Assembly (NCBI GenBank): GCA_919901855.1
Contig: CAKKQC010000007.1
Location: 87,517-151,516, forward strand
Length of the DNA stretch: 64,000 nucleotides
Direction of reading: 5' to 3'
Source: a bacterium
Lineage (GTDB): Bacteria; Oederibacteriota; CAKKQC01
Shown here: piece by piece, positions 14,650-23,688 of the stretch
Numbering within the stretch: position 1 is the first letter of the stretch
How the letters are laid out: each line of letters starts with the position of its first letter
The notes under the pieces: model-generated
The model's input: the letters and a program-made list of their open reading frames with translations, nothing else
The model's database searches: none
Told to the model about the DNA's origin: nothing
Made by a program: the position numbers and the translations under genes

Positions 14650-17600
14650 ATGAATCACCGATGGCGAACGGTCCTGGCTCTGGCGGTCCTGGCCGCGGCC
14701 GGGATTTCCCGCCCCGCCTCCGCTGCCTGTCCCGACCTCATCCTGCTGGGCACCACGGACTACAACGGATCGGCAAACGACCACGATGCGGCTTGGGCCG
14801 TGGCCGTCGACGGGAGCGGGAATGTCGTGGTCGTGGGCTATGAGTTCATCTCACCAACGAAGGCTAACTGGCGGATTCGGAAATACGACGCCTCGCTGAC
14901 GACACTGTTGGCAACGACGGACTACGACGGGGGGGCCGTCAACGGCACCGACGCCGCCCATGCCGTCGCCATCGACGGATCCGGGAACATTCTGGTGGCT
15001 GGGAGTATGTACAGCGGCGGGACGCACTGTATGATCCGCAAGTACGACCCGATGCTCACGACGCTGTTGGCTGCGACCGAGTACGCGGCTGCGGCCGACG
15101 CCAGGGGTCTCATCCTCGACGGCAGCGGCAACGTCGTCGTGGCGGGCGAGGGGGGGAGTCCCGCCAGCGGGAACGACTGGCGGATCACGAAGTTCGACCC
15201 CGCCTTGACCACGGTCCTGACGACCACGGACTTCAGCAGTCCCGGGTTTGCTTACGACATGCTGTGGGCGCTTGCGCAGGACGGGTCCGGGAACATCATC
15301 GCCGCGGGGACCGAGGGCGACCAGTTCTCCCCCTTTACCGAGAAGTGGCGCATCCGGAAGTACGACGCGTCGTTGACGACCCTGCTCGCGTCGACGGACT
15401 ACATCGCGGGCACTGGATTCTCCAACGCTCCTTCTGCCGTCGTTGTTGGCGCCGGCGGGAACATACTTGTAGTCGGAATCGAAGATGGGGTCTGGCAGAT
15501 GCGGATCAGGGAGTACAACGCGTCGTTGACGACGCTGCTGGCAACGACAGTCTACGCCGGGCCGGGAACCAACGAGCTGGGTCGATCCGCCGCCCTCGAC
15601 AGCAGAGGGAACCTGGTGGTGGTCGGGGAGGAGCAGGGGTTGAGTTGCGGATCGAACTGGAGGATCGGGAAGTACGATGCCTCGCTGACGACGATGCTGG
15701 CGACCACGACCTACGAAGCCTGCCACAATCCGGGGGACAACGCCGGCCCGTGGGCGATCGCGGTTGACGGCCGGGACAACCTCATGGTGGCCGGATACGA
15801 GACGGACTCCACGGGGTATCACAACTGGCGCATCAACAAGTACGGCCAGCCGGCGTGCCTCGATGCGGTGCTGGCGTTCTCGCGGACGATCGTGTCGCCG
15901 GGGCAGTGGGTCACGGTCATGCTCACGGTCACGAACGCGGGCGGGGCGGTCCTGAACGGAATTCCGACACTGGGGCAGGACGCGGGCCCCGGCACGGGCG
16001 CGATCACGGCGGGGCCGACGCCGTCGGCGACGACCGTCCTACCGACCGGCCAGTCGATGACGTTCACGTGGTCGTTCTCGGCGTCGGGCGCCGGACTCGT
16101 CGAGCTGACCGGGACCTTGACCGGCTGGGATCTGTCGCTGTCGGCGACCACGTGGGTGCAGGCCACGGGTTCCTTCCTGATCCAGAAGCGGCCGGCGCTG
16201 TCGGCGTCGCTGGTCATGACCTCGGCTTCCAGTCTATTGCCGGGCGACGCCATCGTCCTCGTCTTCACGGTCAGCAACTCGGGGGAGGCGGGGGCGACGG
16301 TTACACCGCGGCTGCCCAAGGTCTCGGGGTCGGGGACCGGCTACCTCGCGCTCAGTCCGGTGGCCCTGGTCGTGCCCGGCGGCGGCAGCGTCTCGTTCAC
16401 CTGGGTCTACACCGCCGGGCCCGCGGCGTCCTCGCTCTCGTTCACGGCTTCCGGAAACGGCACCGACGTCAACTCCGGGGTCGCGGTTCCGGTGCCGCAG
16501 GGGGCGGCGGGGCCGGTCGTCGTCACCGCTCCGTCCACGCCATGCGTTTCCGCGCCGACCCGGATCACGTTCTACGACGGCCGGGCCAACGGGGACGACG
16601 AGGGCAACGGGATAGCGGTGCCGTCCTCGGGATCGATCTTCGTCGCCTGCGAGGAGAACCGCGAGGAGAGCGGCCGGCTGACGGACTGCCTCGTGATCGG
16701 CTACCCGCCAGGCGGCGGCGCTCTCTACTGGGCGGGCGAGTACGGGGCCGTCGGGAGCGTGGCGGACGCCGCGTACGGGGTTACGACGGGCCCGGACGGC
16801 TCCGTCTACTCGGTCGGCCATTCGGGGAACAGCGCGTGGATAGAGCGCTGGGACCCGTTCCCGCCGGGCGCCATGGACTGGATCCTGCTCCTGGCGGAGT
16901 CGCCCGGGGGGCCCGACGAGCTCAGGTCCGTGATGTTCGCCCCCGACGGGAATCTCGTCGTTGCCGGAAAGCAGCGGCGCACGGATATCGGCCATGGCGA
17001 CGACGTCTGGGTCGCGAAGTACGACCCGACGGGCGGGCTCGTCTGGTCGGTCAACTACAACAGCCCCGCTAACTCGGACGACCTGGCCTACGCCGTGACC
17101 GTGGACCTGTCTGGATCGATCTACGTCGCGGGAGCCGAAACCCGGACGGATCTCGGCCAGGGACGGAACATCCTCGTGCTCAAATACAGTGCCTCCGGCG
17201 CCCTGCTCTGGACCCGGTCGTACACGAGCCCGGGGATCGCCAACGACGAGGGGCGCGCGATCGCCGTGGACGGGACCGGGAATCTCTACGTGGGAGGCTA
17301 CGAGACGCGCAACGATCTCGGGCAGGGCGAGAACGGCTGGGTCCGCAAGTGCTCGCCCGCGGGCACGCCCCTCTGGACGGCCACCTTCAACTCGCCGATG
17401 ACGCGGTTCGGCGGGCCGAACGACCGGGCGCTCGGGATCGCGGTGGACCCCGTCAACGGCGACGTCTTCGCGACCGGGCGGGTGGAGCGTCCCGGACAGG
17501 CGGCCAACGTCCTGTTCGCCCGGTGGGACGCGTCGGGGACGCTCCTCGATCTCCAGACCCGGAACGGGCCGAACAACGGCAACGATGAGGGCCGCGCGAT

Positions 17601-20328
17601 CACGGTCGGTCCCGGCGACGACCTCTACGTGGCCGGGTTCGAGAACTGGGACAACCTGGCCCAGAAGGAGAACGTGACGACGTACCAGTGGCCGCGGCCC
17701 GGGTGCCTCAAGGCGGCGCTGTCGGTATCGCCGGTACCCGTCTGGTCGGGACTGCCGATCGAGGTCGTGCTCACGGTCACGAACACGGGGGCGAACGCGG
17801 TCACGTCGGTGACGCCCGTGCTCACGATCGCGCCCGGCGCCGGGCTCCTGTCGCTGCTGACCGCGCCCTCGCCGCTCGCCAGCCTCGGCCCGGGCGCGTC
17901 CGCGTTCTTCACCTGGACCTACGCGACCGCGGGGACGGGGCCCGTGGCGTGCACGGCGACCGTGACCGGCGTCGAGTCCGTGAGCGGGCTGTCCATGACG
18001 GCCTGGGGGTACGCCGAGACCCTCGTGCAGGGCGCCGCGAGTCTGGCGGGCGCGGTCAGCCTGCCGGCATCGACCTGCCAGGCGATGCCGTTCACGCTGG
18101 CGGTGACAATCACCAACACCGGGCTGGGCGGCGCGTGGCTGGGAAGCGCGACCGTGCTCGTCACCGGGTTGCCCGCGTCCGCCCTCGGCGGCCCGGTGCC
18201 GCCGCTGCCGCTCACGCTCGGGGTGGGGAACGCGGTCACGCTCGCCTGGACGTGGTCGGCGGCGGGCGCGGGCGCCGCGACTTTCTCGGTGACCGTGACC
18301 GGCGCGGATCTCACTGGCGGCGGCGGGCTGGCCGTGGGGCCGCTGGGCGCCGATATCGCCGTCACGGGGCGCGCGGCACTCGAGGCGAGTGCTCGCGCCA
18401 CCCCGGCCGCGGCCGTGGGAGGCGGGATCACGGTGGAGCTCACGGTGACGAACACCGGGCTCACCATGGCGACCGGCCTCACCCCCGCCCTCGCGGTCTC
18501 TCCGCCCGGCGCGCCCGTTCTCGGCTGGGCCGGTCCGTCGCCACCGGGCCCGGTCGCCCTCGCCCCCGGCGCGGCCCAGACCTTCGCCTGGTCGTACACG
18601 GCGACGGGATGGGGGACCGTGACCTTTGCGATGACGGTGGCCGGGGCTGATTCCTGTGGCGCGATCTCATCGGCGGCGACCGCAACTGCGTTCCTCGGGA
18701 CACCAGCCACGCTCGTCGGGTCCGTCGTGTCCGCGATCGCCTCCCCGCTCTGTGTCGGATCGTATGTCCTTGTCGTTGTCTCGGTCACGAACACTGGGAA
18801 TGCTCCTGCCGTTGGCGTTGCGGGAACGACGACCCTGTTCATCGAGGGCCCGGGCACCGCGTCGCTCCAGTTTGTGTCGAACCCGGTGGCGTCGCTCGGA
18901 CCAGGCGCCTCGGCTCACTTCACTTGGCAATACGCGACTACCGGTGTGGGAGCGATTCGGTTCACCGCGACCGTAGCCGGTACGGATGCGGCTTTGGGGG
19001 GGCCGGTGCGGACGGCGCCGTTGACCACCCCGACTACGGATCTTACCGTGCCAGCCAATATCTGGATACATCCGGCGGTGTCGCCGGTGGTGGCGATGCT
19101 GGGCCAGTTGGTTACCGTGACTTTGACGGTGACCAACATGGGAGGGGACGCCGCTGGGGTTTCGGCGGCTGCGTGGACAATCGAACCCGGCATGACCACG
19201 CGGATATCCGGGCCCTCACCTCCGGGTCCCATTGCCCTACCGTCCGCGGCGTCCCAGACGTTCAGCTGGACGTTCTCCGCGTCCGGAGCAGGGGTGTCAA
19301 CTTTCACCTTCAGCGTAACGGGATCGTCATGCGGAGGCCCGGTTGCGTTTATGCGCGGTGACGTTCGCCCATTCTGGATTGTCCGGCCCGCCCTCCTGGT
19401 CGCGAGCGGCCTCACGCTGGCCCCCGGCAGTCCCGGGGCGGGTGCGACCGTCGTGGCCACGATGGTACTGCGCAACGACGGCGACCTCGATCTCACGGTC
19501 ACCTCGTTCTCGCGCACGGTAGTCGGCGTCGCCGGGCTTGGGGCGCCGGGGGCGCCGACGCCGGGGCCGGGGTTCATGCTCACGGCGGGCGGCTCGCAGT
19601 CGGTCACGTGGACGCAGACGACGACAGCGCCGTGTGGAGTGGCTGCGGAAACCGTCAGCGCCGCCGGCGTCGAGTTCAGCACCGGGCGGATCTTGTCGTC
19701 CAATACGGTGACCTCGAACGCGGTTTCGATCACGGGCACCGCGACGGGCTTCACGCTCTCCGCCTCCGCCGCGAAGGCGAACGTGGGAACTCCGGTCACG
19801 CTGACGGCCATGGTAACCGACGCGTGCGGCGGGGCCGTGCCCAACCTGACCGTGACGTTCACCGTGAGCGCCGGCGGCGGGTGGCTCTCGGCCGTCACGG
19901 GGACCACGAACTTCTCCGGGCGGGTCACGGTCACGCTCACGCTCGGGCTCGACGAGGGGCGCAACACCGTGGTGGCATACGTGGGCGGGACGACGCTGAC
20001 CGCCCTCGTGGCCGTCGAGGCCGTGAACCCGCTCGTCCTCACGTCGCCGGGCGCGGCGCTCGACAAGAACGTCCTCGTCCTCAACTCGGGGCAGGTCGTG
20101 CTGGCCCGCATCTGGCCGCTCAATGGCGACCCCATCGTGACCCGCATCTTCACCGCATCGGGGAGGTTGGTCCGCACGCTCAGGAAGCTGACGCCCTCCG
20201 GCCGCGGCCAGTTCCTCGTCGAGTGGGACGGGCTGAGCGAGGACGAGTTCGCGGTCGCCCGCGGCGTCTACCTCGTGGACGTCGAGGGCGGCGGCATCCA
20301 CCAGATCCTGAAGGTGTTGGTTCGCTGA
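14650..20328 (+). CDS. Giant secreted surface protein (1892 aa): signal peptide, SBBP beta-propeller, DUF11-like repeats, second propeller, long DUF11/Ig-like array, Big-like domain, T9SS-type (Por_Secre_tail/FlgD-Ig-like) C-terminal domain
   Basis: Track ORF; signal peptide MNHRWRTVLALAVLAAAGISRPASAAC; repeats ...AVAVDGSGNVVVVGYE...NWRIRKYDASLTTLL; many LTVTNTG...FTW modules; C-terminus ...GRGQFLVEWDGLSEDEFAVARGVYLVDVEGGGIHQILKVLVR. RBS gggag lies upstream of the ATG. Confidence 0.85.
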   Translation: MNHRWRTVLALAVLAAAGISRPASAACPDLILLGTTDYNGSANDHDAAWAVAVDGSGNVVVVGYEFISPTKANWRIRKYDASLTTLLATTDYDGGAVNGTDAAHAVAIDGSGNILVAGSMYSGGTHCMIRKYDPMLTTLLAATEYAAAADARGLILDGSGNVVVAGEGGSPASGNDWRITKFDPALTTVLTTTDFSSPGFAYDMLWALAQDGSGNIIAAGTEGDQFSPFTEKWRIRKYDASLTTLLASTDYIAGTGFSNAPSAVVVGAGGNILVVGIEDGVWQMRIREYNASLTTLLATTVYAGPGTNELGRSAALDSRGNLVVVGEEQGLSCGSNWRIGKYDASLTTMLATTTYEACHNPGDNAGPWAIAVDGRDNLMVAGYETDSTGYHNWRINKYGQPACLDAVLAFSRTIVSPGQWVTVMLTVTNAGGAVLNGIPTLGQDAGPGTGAITAGPTPSATTVLPTGQSMTFTWSFSASGAGLVELTGTLTGWDLSLSATTWVQATGSFLIQKRPALSASLVMTSASSLLPGDAIVLVFTVSNSGEAGATVTPRLPKVSGSGTGYLALSPVALVVPGGGSVSFTWVYTAGPAASSLSFTASGNGTDVNSGVAVPVPQGAAGPVVVTAPSTPCVSAPTRITFYDGRANGDDEGNGIAVPSSGSIFVACEENREESGRLTDCLVIGYPPGGGALYWAGEYGAVGSVADAAYGVTTGPDGSVYSVGHSGNSAWIERWDPFPPGAMDWILLLAESPGGPDELRSVMFAPDGNLVVAGKQRRTDIGHGDDVWVAKYDPTGGLVWSVNYNSPANSDDLAYAVTVDLSGSIYVAGAETRTDLGQGRNILVLKYSASGALLWTRSYTSPGIANDEGRAIAVDGTGNLYVGGYETRNDLGQGENGWVRKCSPAGTPLWTATFNSPMTRFGGPNDRALGIAVDPVNGDVFATGRVERPGQAANVLFARWDASGTLLDLQTRNGPNNGNDEGRAITVGPGDDLYVAGFENWDNLAQKENVTTYQWPRPGCLKAALSVSPVPVWSGLPIEVVLTVTNTGANAVTSVTPVLTIAPGAGLLSLLTAPSPLASLGPGASAFFTWTYATAGTGPVACTATVTGVESVSGLSMTAWGYAETLVQGAASLAGAVSLPASTCQAMPFTLAVTITNTGLGGAWLGSATVLVTGLPASALGGPVPPLPLTLGVGNAVTLAWTWSAAGAGAATFSVTVTGADLTGGGGLAVGPLGADIAVTGRAALEASARATPAAAVGGGITVELTVTNTGLTMATGLTPALAVSPPGAPVLGWAGPSPPGPVALAPGAAQTFAWSYTATGWGTVTFAMTVAGADSCGAISSAATATAFLGTPATLVGSVVSAIASPLCVGSYVLVVVSVTNTGNAPAVGVAGTTTLFIEGPGTASLQFVSNPVASLGPGASAHFTWQYATTGVGAIRFTATVAGTDAALGGPVRTAPLTTPTTDLTVPANIWIHPAVSPVVAMLGQLVTVTLTVTNMGGDAAGVSAAAWTIEPGMTTRISGPSPPGPIALPSAASQTFSWTFSASGAGVSTFTFSVTGSSCGGPVAFMRGDVRPFWIVRPALLVASGLTLAPGSPGAGATVVATMVLRNDGDLDLTVTSFSRTVVGVAGLGAPGAPTPGPGFMLTAGGSQSVTWTQTTTAPCGVAAETVSAAGVEFSTGRILSSNTVTSNAVSITGTATGFTLSASAAKANVGTPVTLTAMVTDACGGAVPNLTVTFTVSAGGGWLSAVTGTTNFSGRVTVTLTLGLDEGRNTVVAYVGGTTLTALVAVEAVNPLVLTSPGAALDKNVLVLNSGQVVLARIWPLNGDPIVTRIFTASGRLVRTLRKLTPSGRGQFLVEWDGLSEDEFAVARGVYLVDVEGGGIHQILKVLVR

Positions 20329-20375
20329 CCGGCAGCCGGTCAGCGAATTCGAGTTTCGGCGGACGCCGAAACTCG
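20325..20375. terminator. Two adjacent GC-rich hairpins between convergent genes (candidate bidirectional terminators without U-tract)
   Basis: ctgaccgg-cagc-ccggtcag (8-bp stem, overlaps the TGA of the giant gene) and cgagtttcgg-cggacg-ccgaaactcg (10-12 bp stem). Confidence 0.4.
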
Positions 20376-20382
20376 TCGTGCG

Positions 20383-21609
20383 CTAAAAGGCGTCAATCTC
20401 CCAGAACACGGGCCGGCCCCGGGGGAAGAGGGCGTCGAGGAGGACGATCTCGCGGTCGCCGACCGTGGACGCGCGGGCGAAGGGCTGGAGCGAGAACGGT
20501 TTCGCGCCGCTGAAGACCTCGATCCACCGCGCCGGCTCCAGCACCGCCCGCGGCAGCTCCCCGGACGCCGTCGCCTCCACCTCGACGCGGTCCTCGTTGA
20601 GCCGCACAGTCGCGGTCTGGTCGCGGTACCCGATTACGACGGCGCCACGGGCCACGCCCGCCCGCGCGGCGCGCGCGGCAAGCTCGGGGGCGAGGGCGCG
20701 GAGGAAACCTGCGAGGTACGCGATACGGAGCAGGATCCAGTCGGCGGGGATGTCGACCGGAGCTTCGGTGAACGGGGCGAGCGCGGCTCCCAGCTCGAAG
20801 CACGGGGCGGGATACTGGAGTCCGCGCACGCCCCGGAGAAACGCCTCGCGCAAATAGGCGCGCGCGAGGGCGCGGGTGGACTCCTCGGCGCCGGGCAGGG
20901 TGCCGAACTCGAGGACCTTGGACCACGTATGGTCGGGGTCCGCCGTCGCGCGGAGGTAGGCGGCCGGCTGGGCGTGGCTGTCCTCGGCGACCAGCGCGCA
21001 CGCGGGCTCCTCCTTCGGATACACGGTCGTCCACTCGGGCTGCCGCTCCCATACGGCTTCGGCCGCCGGGATCGTGCCCGTGAACCCGGCCGCGTACCGG
21101 CTCCGGATCGCGAGCAGGGCCGCGCGGTCGCGACCGAAGTCGATCGCGCGGACCACGGGGCCGGGGCCGGCGCCGGCGGGCGGCCGGAGCCGGAGCAGGT
21201 GCGTCTCCCGGCGCGGCGACGGTTCGTACCCGAGCGGCTGGTAGAAACCCGGGATCTGGGTCGAGAGCAGGGAGAGGGGACGGCCGTCCGCGCGCATGAG
21301 TTCGTGGGCGGCGGCCAGGAGCCGCCGCGCGAGCCCGCGCTTGCGCCACGCGGGATCCGTGACGACGTTCGCGATACCGCCGCAGGGCACCCGGGCGGAC
21401 CCGAACGCGAGGTCGAACCCGATGGCGTGGACGGTCGAGACGACCCGGCCGGCGTCCCGGACCACGAGCGGCGCGCCCGGCAGGTTCTGGGGGTCCCGGC
21501 GCATCCGGGTCGCGAAGTACGCGGCGCCGACGCCGAGCTCGCGGGCGCAAAGCGCCGCGATGCCGTCGAACTCCTCCGGGCGTGCCGGTTCCACCGTGAG
21601 GTCCGTCAT
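20383..21609 (-). CDS. Eis-like GNAT N-acetyltransferase (GNAT plus SCP2-like C-terminal domains)
   Basis: Track ORF; GIANVVTDPAWRKRGLARRLLAAAHELMRADG acetyl-CoA motif; ~400 aa typical of the Eis family. Confidence 0.75.
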   Translation of the reverse strand: MTDLTVEPARPEEFDGIAALCARELGVGAAYFATRMRRDPQNLPGAPLVVRDAGRVVSTVHAIGFDLAFGSARVPCGGIANVVTDPAWRKRGLARRLLAAAHELMRADGRPLSLLSTQIPGFYQPLGYEPSPRRETHLLRLRPPAGAGPGPVVRAIDFGRDRAALLAIRSRYAAGFTGTIPAAEAVWERQPEWTTVYPKEEPACALVAEDSHAQPAAYLRATADPDHTWSKVLEFGTLPGAEESTRALARAYLREAFLRGVRGLQYPAPCFELGAALAPFTEAPVDIPADWILLRIAYLAGFLRALAPELAARAARAGVARGAVVIGYRDQTATVRLNEDRVEVEATASGELPRAVLEPARWIEVFSGAKPFSLQPFARASTVGDREIVLLDALFPRGRPVFWEIDAF

Positions 21610-21705
21610 GCCGCCCTGAGTGTATCAGGGCCATGGATTGACGGCCCTGTCGCATTGCAGGGAAGGGGTTTCAGCGTTCCCCGGGATCTCCGGGGCTTGT
21701 CCGGT

Positions 21706-21736
21706 TTGACACTTTCCGGCCCAAGCCTTCTATAAT
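21706..21736 (+). promoter_or_regulatory. Near-consensus sigma70-type promoter TTGACA-N19-TATAAT upstream of gene 21767..22723, followed by AGGAGG RBS at ~21753
   Basis: ttgacactttccggcccaagccttctataat read directly; aggagg 8 nt before ATG 21767. Confidence 0.4.
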
Positions 21737-21766
21737 CAGGCCATCGAGGGACGAGGAGGTGCGGGT

Positions 21767-22723
21767 ATGCACAAGCGGGCGGGGGCGGGCATTCTGAAGC
21801 TGGCATCAATCATCGTGGTCGCCGGGATGGTGGCGGGCGCCGCGCGCGCCTCGGACCTGCTGGGTCCCATCTGGCATCTCAACGGCAAGCACATCGGCGA
21901 CGCCGATCCGCTGGTGTGGACGATCGAGTACTACGACGAATGGGGCCGCACGGTCGTCGACGCCGCGGGCGGACATTTCTACCACGACCGGTGCTGCGGC
22001 GGCGTGGTCACGCACGATCCATCGTGGGTTTACCCCGCGAAGTACTACGGCCAGTACAAGATGTACTACATCGGGACCACGATGCGGTACCGGATCACGC
22101 TCACGAATCCCGGCAATCGCAGCTACACGAACCTGCGCATCGTCGCGATCCAGGAGTACCTGACGAACGACGGGACGTGGGGCGAGTGGATTTCGCCCGA
22201 CGCCGCGAAGGACTGGTATATCACCGAACTCCGGTCGGGCCAGACGGTGGTGTTCGAGGGCGACCTCTACATCCCCTACGGGGCGCATGGCGGCCTCGAC
22301 CAGACGCACCTGCAGGTCCAGCACTTCGATCCGAACAATCCCACCGGCGGGGGCGCGGTCATCCTCGACGACGCGCAGGCCGCCATCTGGTGCCCGCCGG
22401 ACCTCCAGCAGGGCGCCACGGCCCCGGCGCCGGGCGGCATTCTCGTGAAGGCCGGCGATCGCGGCTGGGTCCAGCCGGGCTCCGGCTCACCGGCGCGGAT
22501 CGAGGTCGGCGCGACCGACGCGGGGCAGATCTCGCTCCGCATCTACGACCGCCGCGGCACGCTGGCCCGCGAGATGTTCGCCTACGCGAGCGGCGAGGGT
22601 ACGGTCGTGTTCTCGTGGGACGGCACGCTGTCGTCCGGCCAGCCCGCGGCCCCCGGCGTCTACCTCGTCGTGGCCGACGGCTCCGGCGTCCACGCCAAGG
22701 AGAAGCTCGCGGTCGTCAGGTAG
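21767..22723 (+). CDS. Secreted hypothetical protein with T9SS-type C-terminal sorting domain
   Basis: Track ORF; N-terminal hydrophobic signal; C-terminus GQISLRIYDRRGTLAREMFAYASGEGTVVFSWDGTLSSGQPAAPGVYLVVADGSGVHAKEKLAVVR resembles the Por_Secre_tail / FlgD-Ig-like fold. Confidence 0.75.
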   Translation: MHKRAGAGILKLASIIVVAGMVAGAARASDLLGPIWHLNGKHIGDADPLVWTIEYYDEWGRTVVDAAGGHFYHDRCCGGVVTHDPSWVYPAKYYGQYKMYYIGTTMRYRITLTNPGNRSYTNLRIVAIQEYLTNDGTWGEWISPDAAKDWYITELRSGQTVVFEGDLYIPYGAHGGLDQTHLQVQHFDPNNPTGGGAVILDDAQAAIWCPPDLQQGATAPAPGGILVKAGDRGWVQPGSGSPARIEVGATDAGQISLRIYDRRGTLAREMFAYASGEGTVVFSWDGTLSSGQPAAPGVYLVVADGSGVHAKEKLAVVR

Positions 22724-22748
22724 CCCAAGGGCGGGAGGCGTTGCGACG

Positions 22749-23666
22749 GTGAACGCCTCCCGCCCTTTCGTTTTCCTCCCGGTCCTCGTGGCGTGCGCGT
22801 GTTCGCGCCCCGCCCTCGCCGACGACGCTTCCAATCCCCTCGACCTCGTCGAGCCCGCGCGTATCCAGGCACTCGGCGGCGCCGCCGCCGCCGTTGACCG
22901 CGACGCCACCGGCGTCTGGCTCAATCCCGCCGCGCCGTCCGGGAGCGGCCGGTCCGTGACCCTCGGCGGCCAGCGGGGGTTCATCGAGGACCAGACCTGG
23001 CAGATCTCGGGGGCGGCTCCCGCGGGCCCCCTGACCGCCGCGGCCGGCCTCGCGTACTACGACTCGGGAAGCATCACGCTCCGCAACACCGACGGGGGTG
23101 CCCGGCGGGTATCGGGGCAGCGGGACATCCTCGCCCTCGCCAACGCCAGCGGCGTCTTCGGGGGCGTCGTGAGCCTGGGGGGATCGGTCAAGATCCTGCG
23201 CAGCGACCTCCTCGACCAGTTTCACGCGACGACGGTGGCCGCCGACGCCGGCCTCGTCGTGCGGCCGGCGGAGGACTTCGCGGCGGGCGTCAGTGTCGTC
23301 AACGTGGGGCGAAGGGTGCGGTACGCGGACGAGCGGGTGCCCCTGCCGGCGGCGGTCCGGGCGGGCGGATCGGCGGCGACGCCGGTCGAGGGCGATGGCG
23401 GGATCTCGCCCGACCGGCTTGCGGGGTTCTTGGACGCCGTCTGGCTCCTCCGCGAGCGCCGGGTCGAGTGGCGGGGCGGGGTGGAGGCGTACTGGACGCA
23501 GACGCTGGCCGCGCGGGCGGGTGTGAGCCCGTCGCGCGGCAACGAGTCCTGGCGCGCCGCCCTCGGGGTCGGGGTCTTCATCGGAAAACTGCGCATCGAC
23601 TACGCGATCCAGCTCTCGGGCCCGTCTTCCCTCCCGCAGGTCCTGAGCCTCACCGTGCGGTTGTGA
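22749..23666 (+). CDS. PorV/PorQ-family-like outer-membrane beta-barrel protein (T9SS-associated candidate)
   Basis: Track ORF, GTG start after gggagg; signal peptide; N-terminal motif NPLDLVEPARIQALGGAAAAVDRDATGVWLNPAAP resembles the PorV/PorQ family signature; beta-strand-rich, ends in aromatic/hydrophobic residues. Confidence 0.55.
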   Translation: MNASRPFVFLPVLVACACSRPALADDASNPLDLVEPARIQALGGAAAAVDRDATGVWLNPAAPSGSGRSVTLGGQRGFIEDQTWQISGAAPAGPLTAAAGLAYYDSGSITLRNTDGGARRVSGQRDILALANASGVFGGVVSLGGSVKILRSDLLDQFHATTVAADAGLVVRPAEDFAAGVSVVNVGRRVRYADERVPLPAAVRAGGSAATPVEGDGGISPDRLAGFLDAVWLLRERRVEWRGGVEAYWTQTLAARAGVSPSRGNESWRAALGVGVFIGKLRIDYAIQLSGPSSLPQVLSLTVRL

Positions 23667-23688
23667 CCCGGACTATAATCGGCACAGC

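Noticed and set aside
12678-20177. Minus-strand ORFs 12678..14651, 14851..15822, 16234..16995, 17919..18857, 18915..20177, 19327..20301 and plus off-frame ORFs (12839..13810, 15855..17072, 17688..18650, 19608..20513)
   Set aside because: They are antisense or off-frame shadows of the TPR membrane protein and the plus-strand giant protein. Their compositions are Arg/Pro/Gly-biased and they lack motifs.
20393-21655. Alternative 420-aa ORF (-) overlapping the Eis-like GNAT in another frame
   Set aside because: Arg/Pro/Gly-rich off-frame translation. The 20383..21609 frame carries the GNAT motifs.
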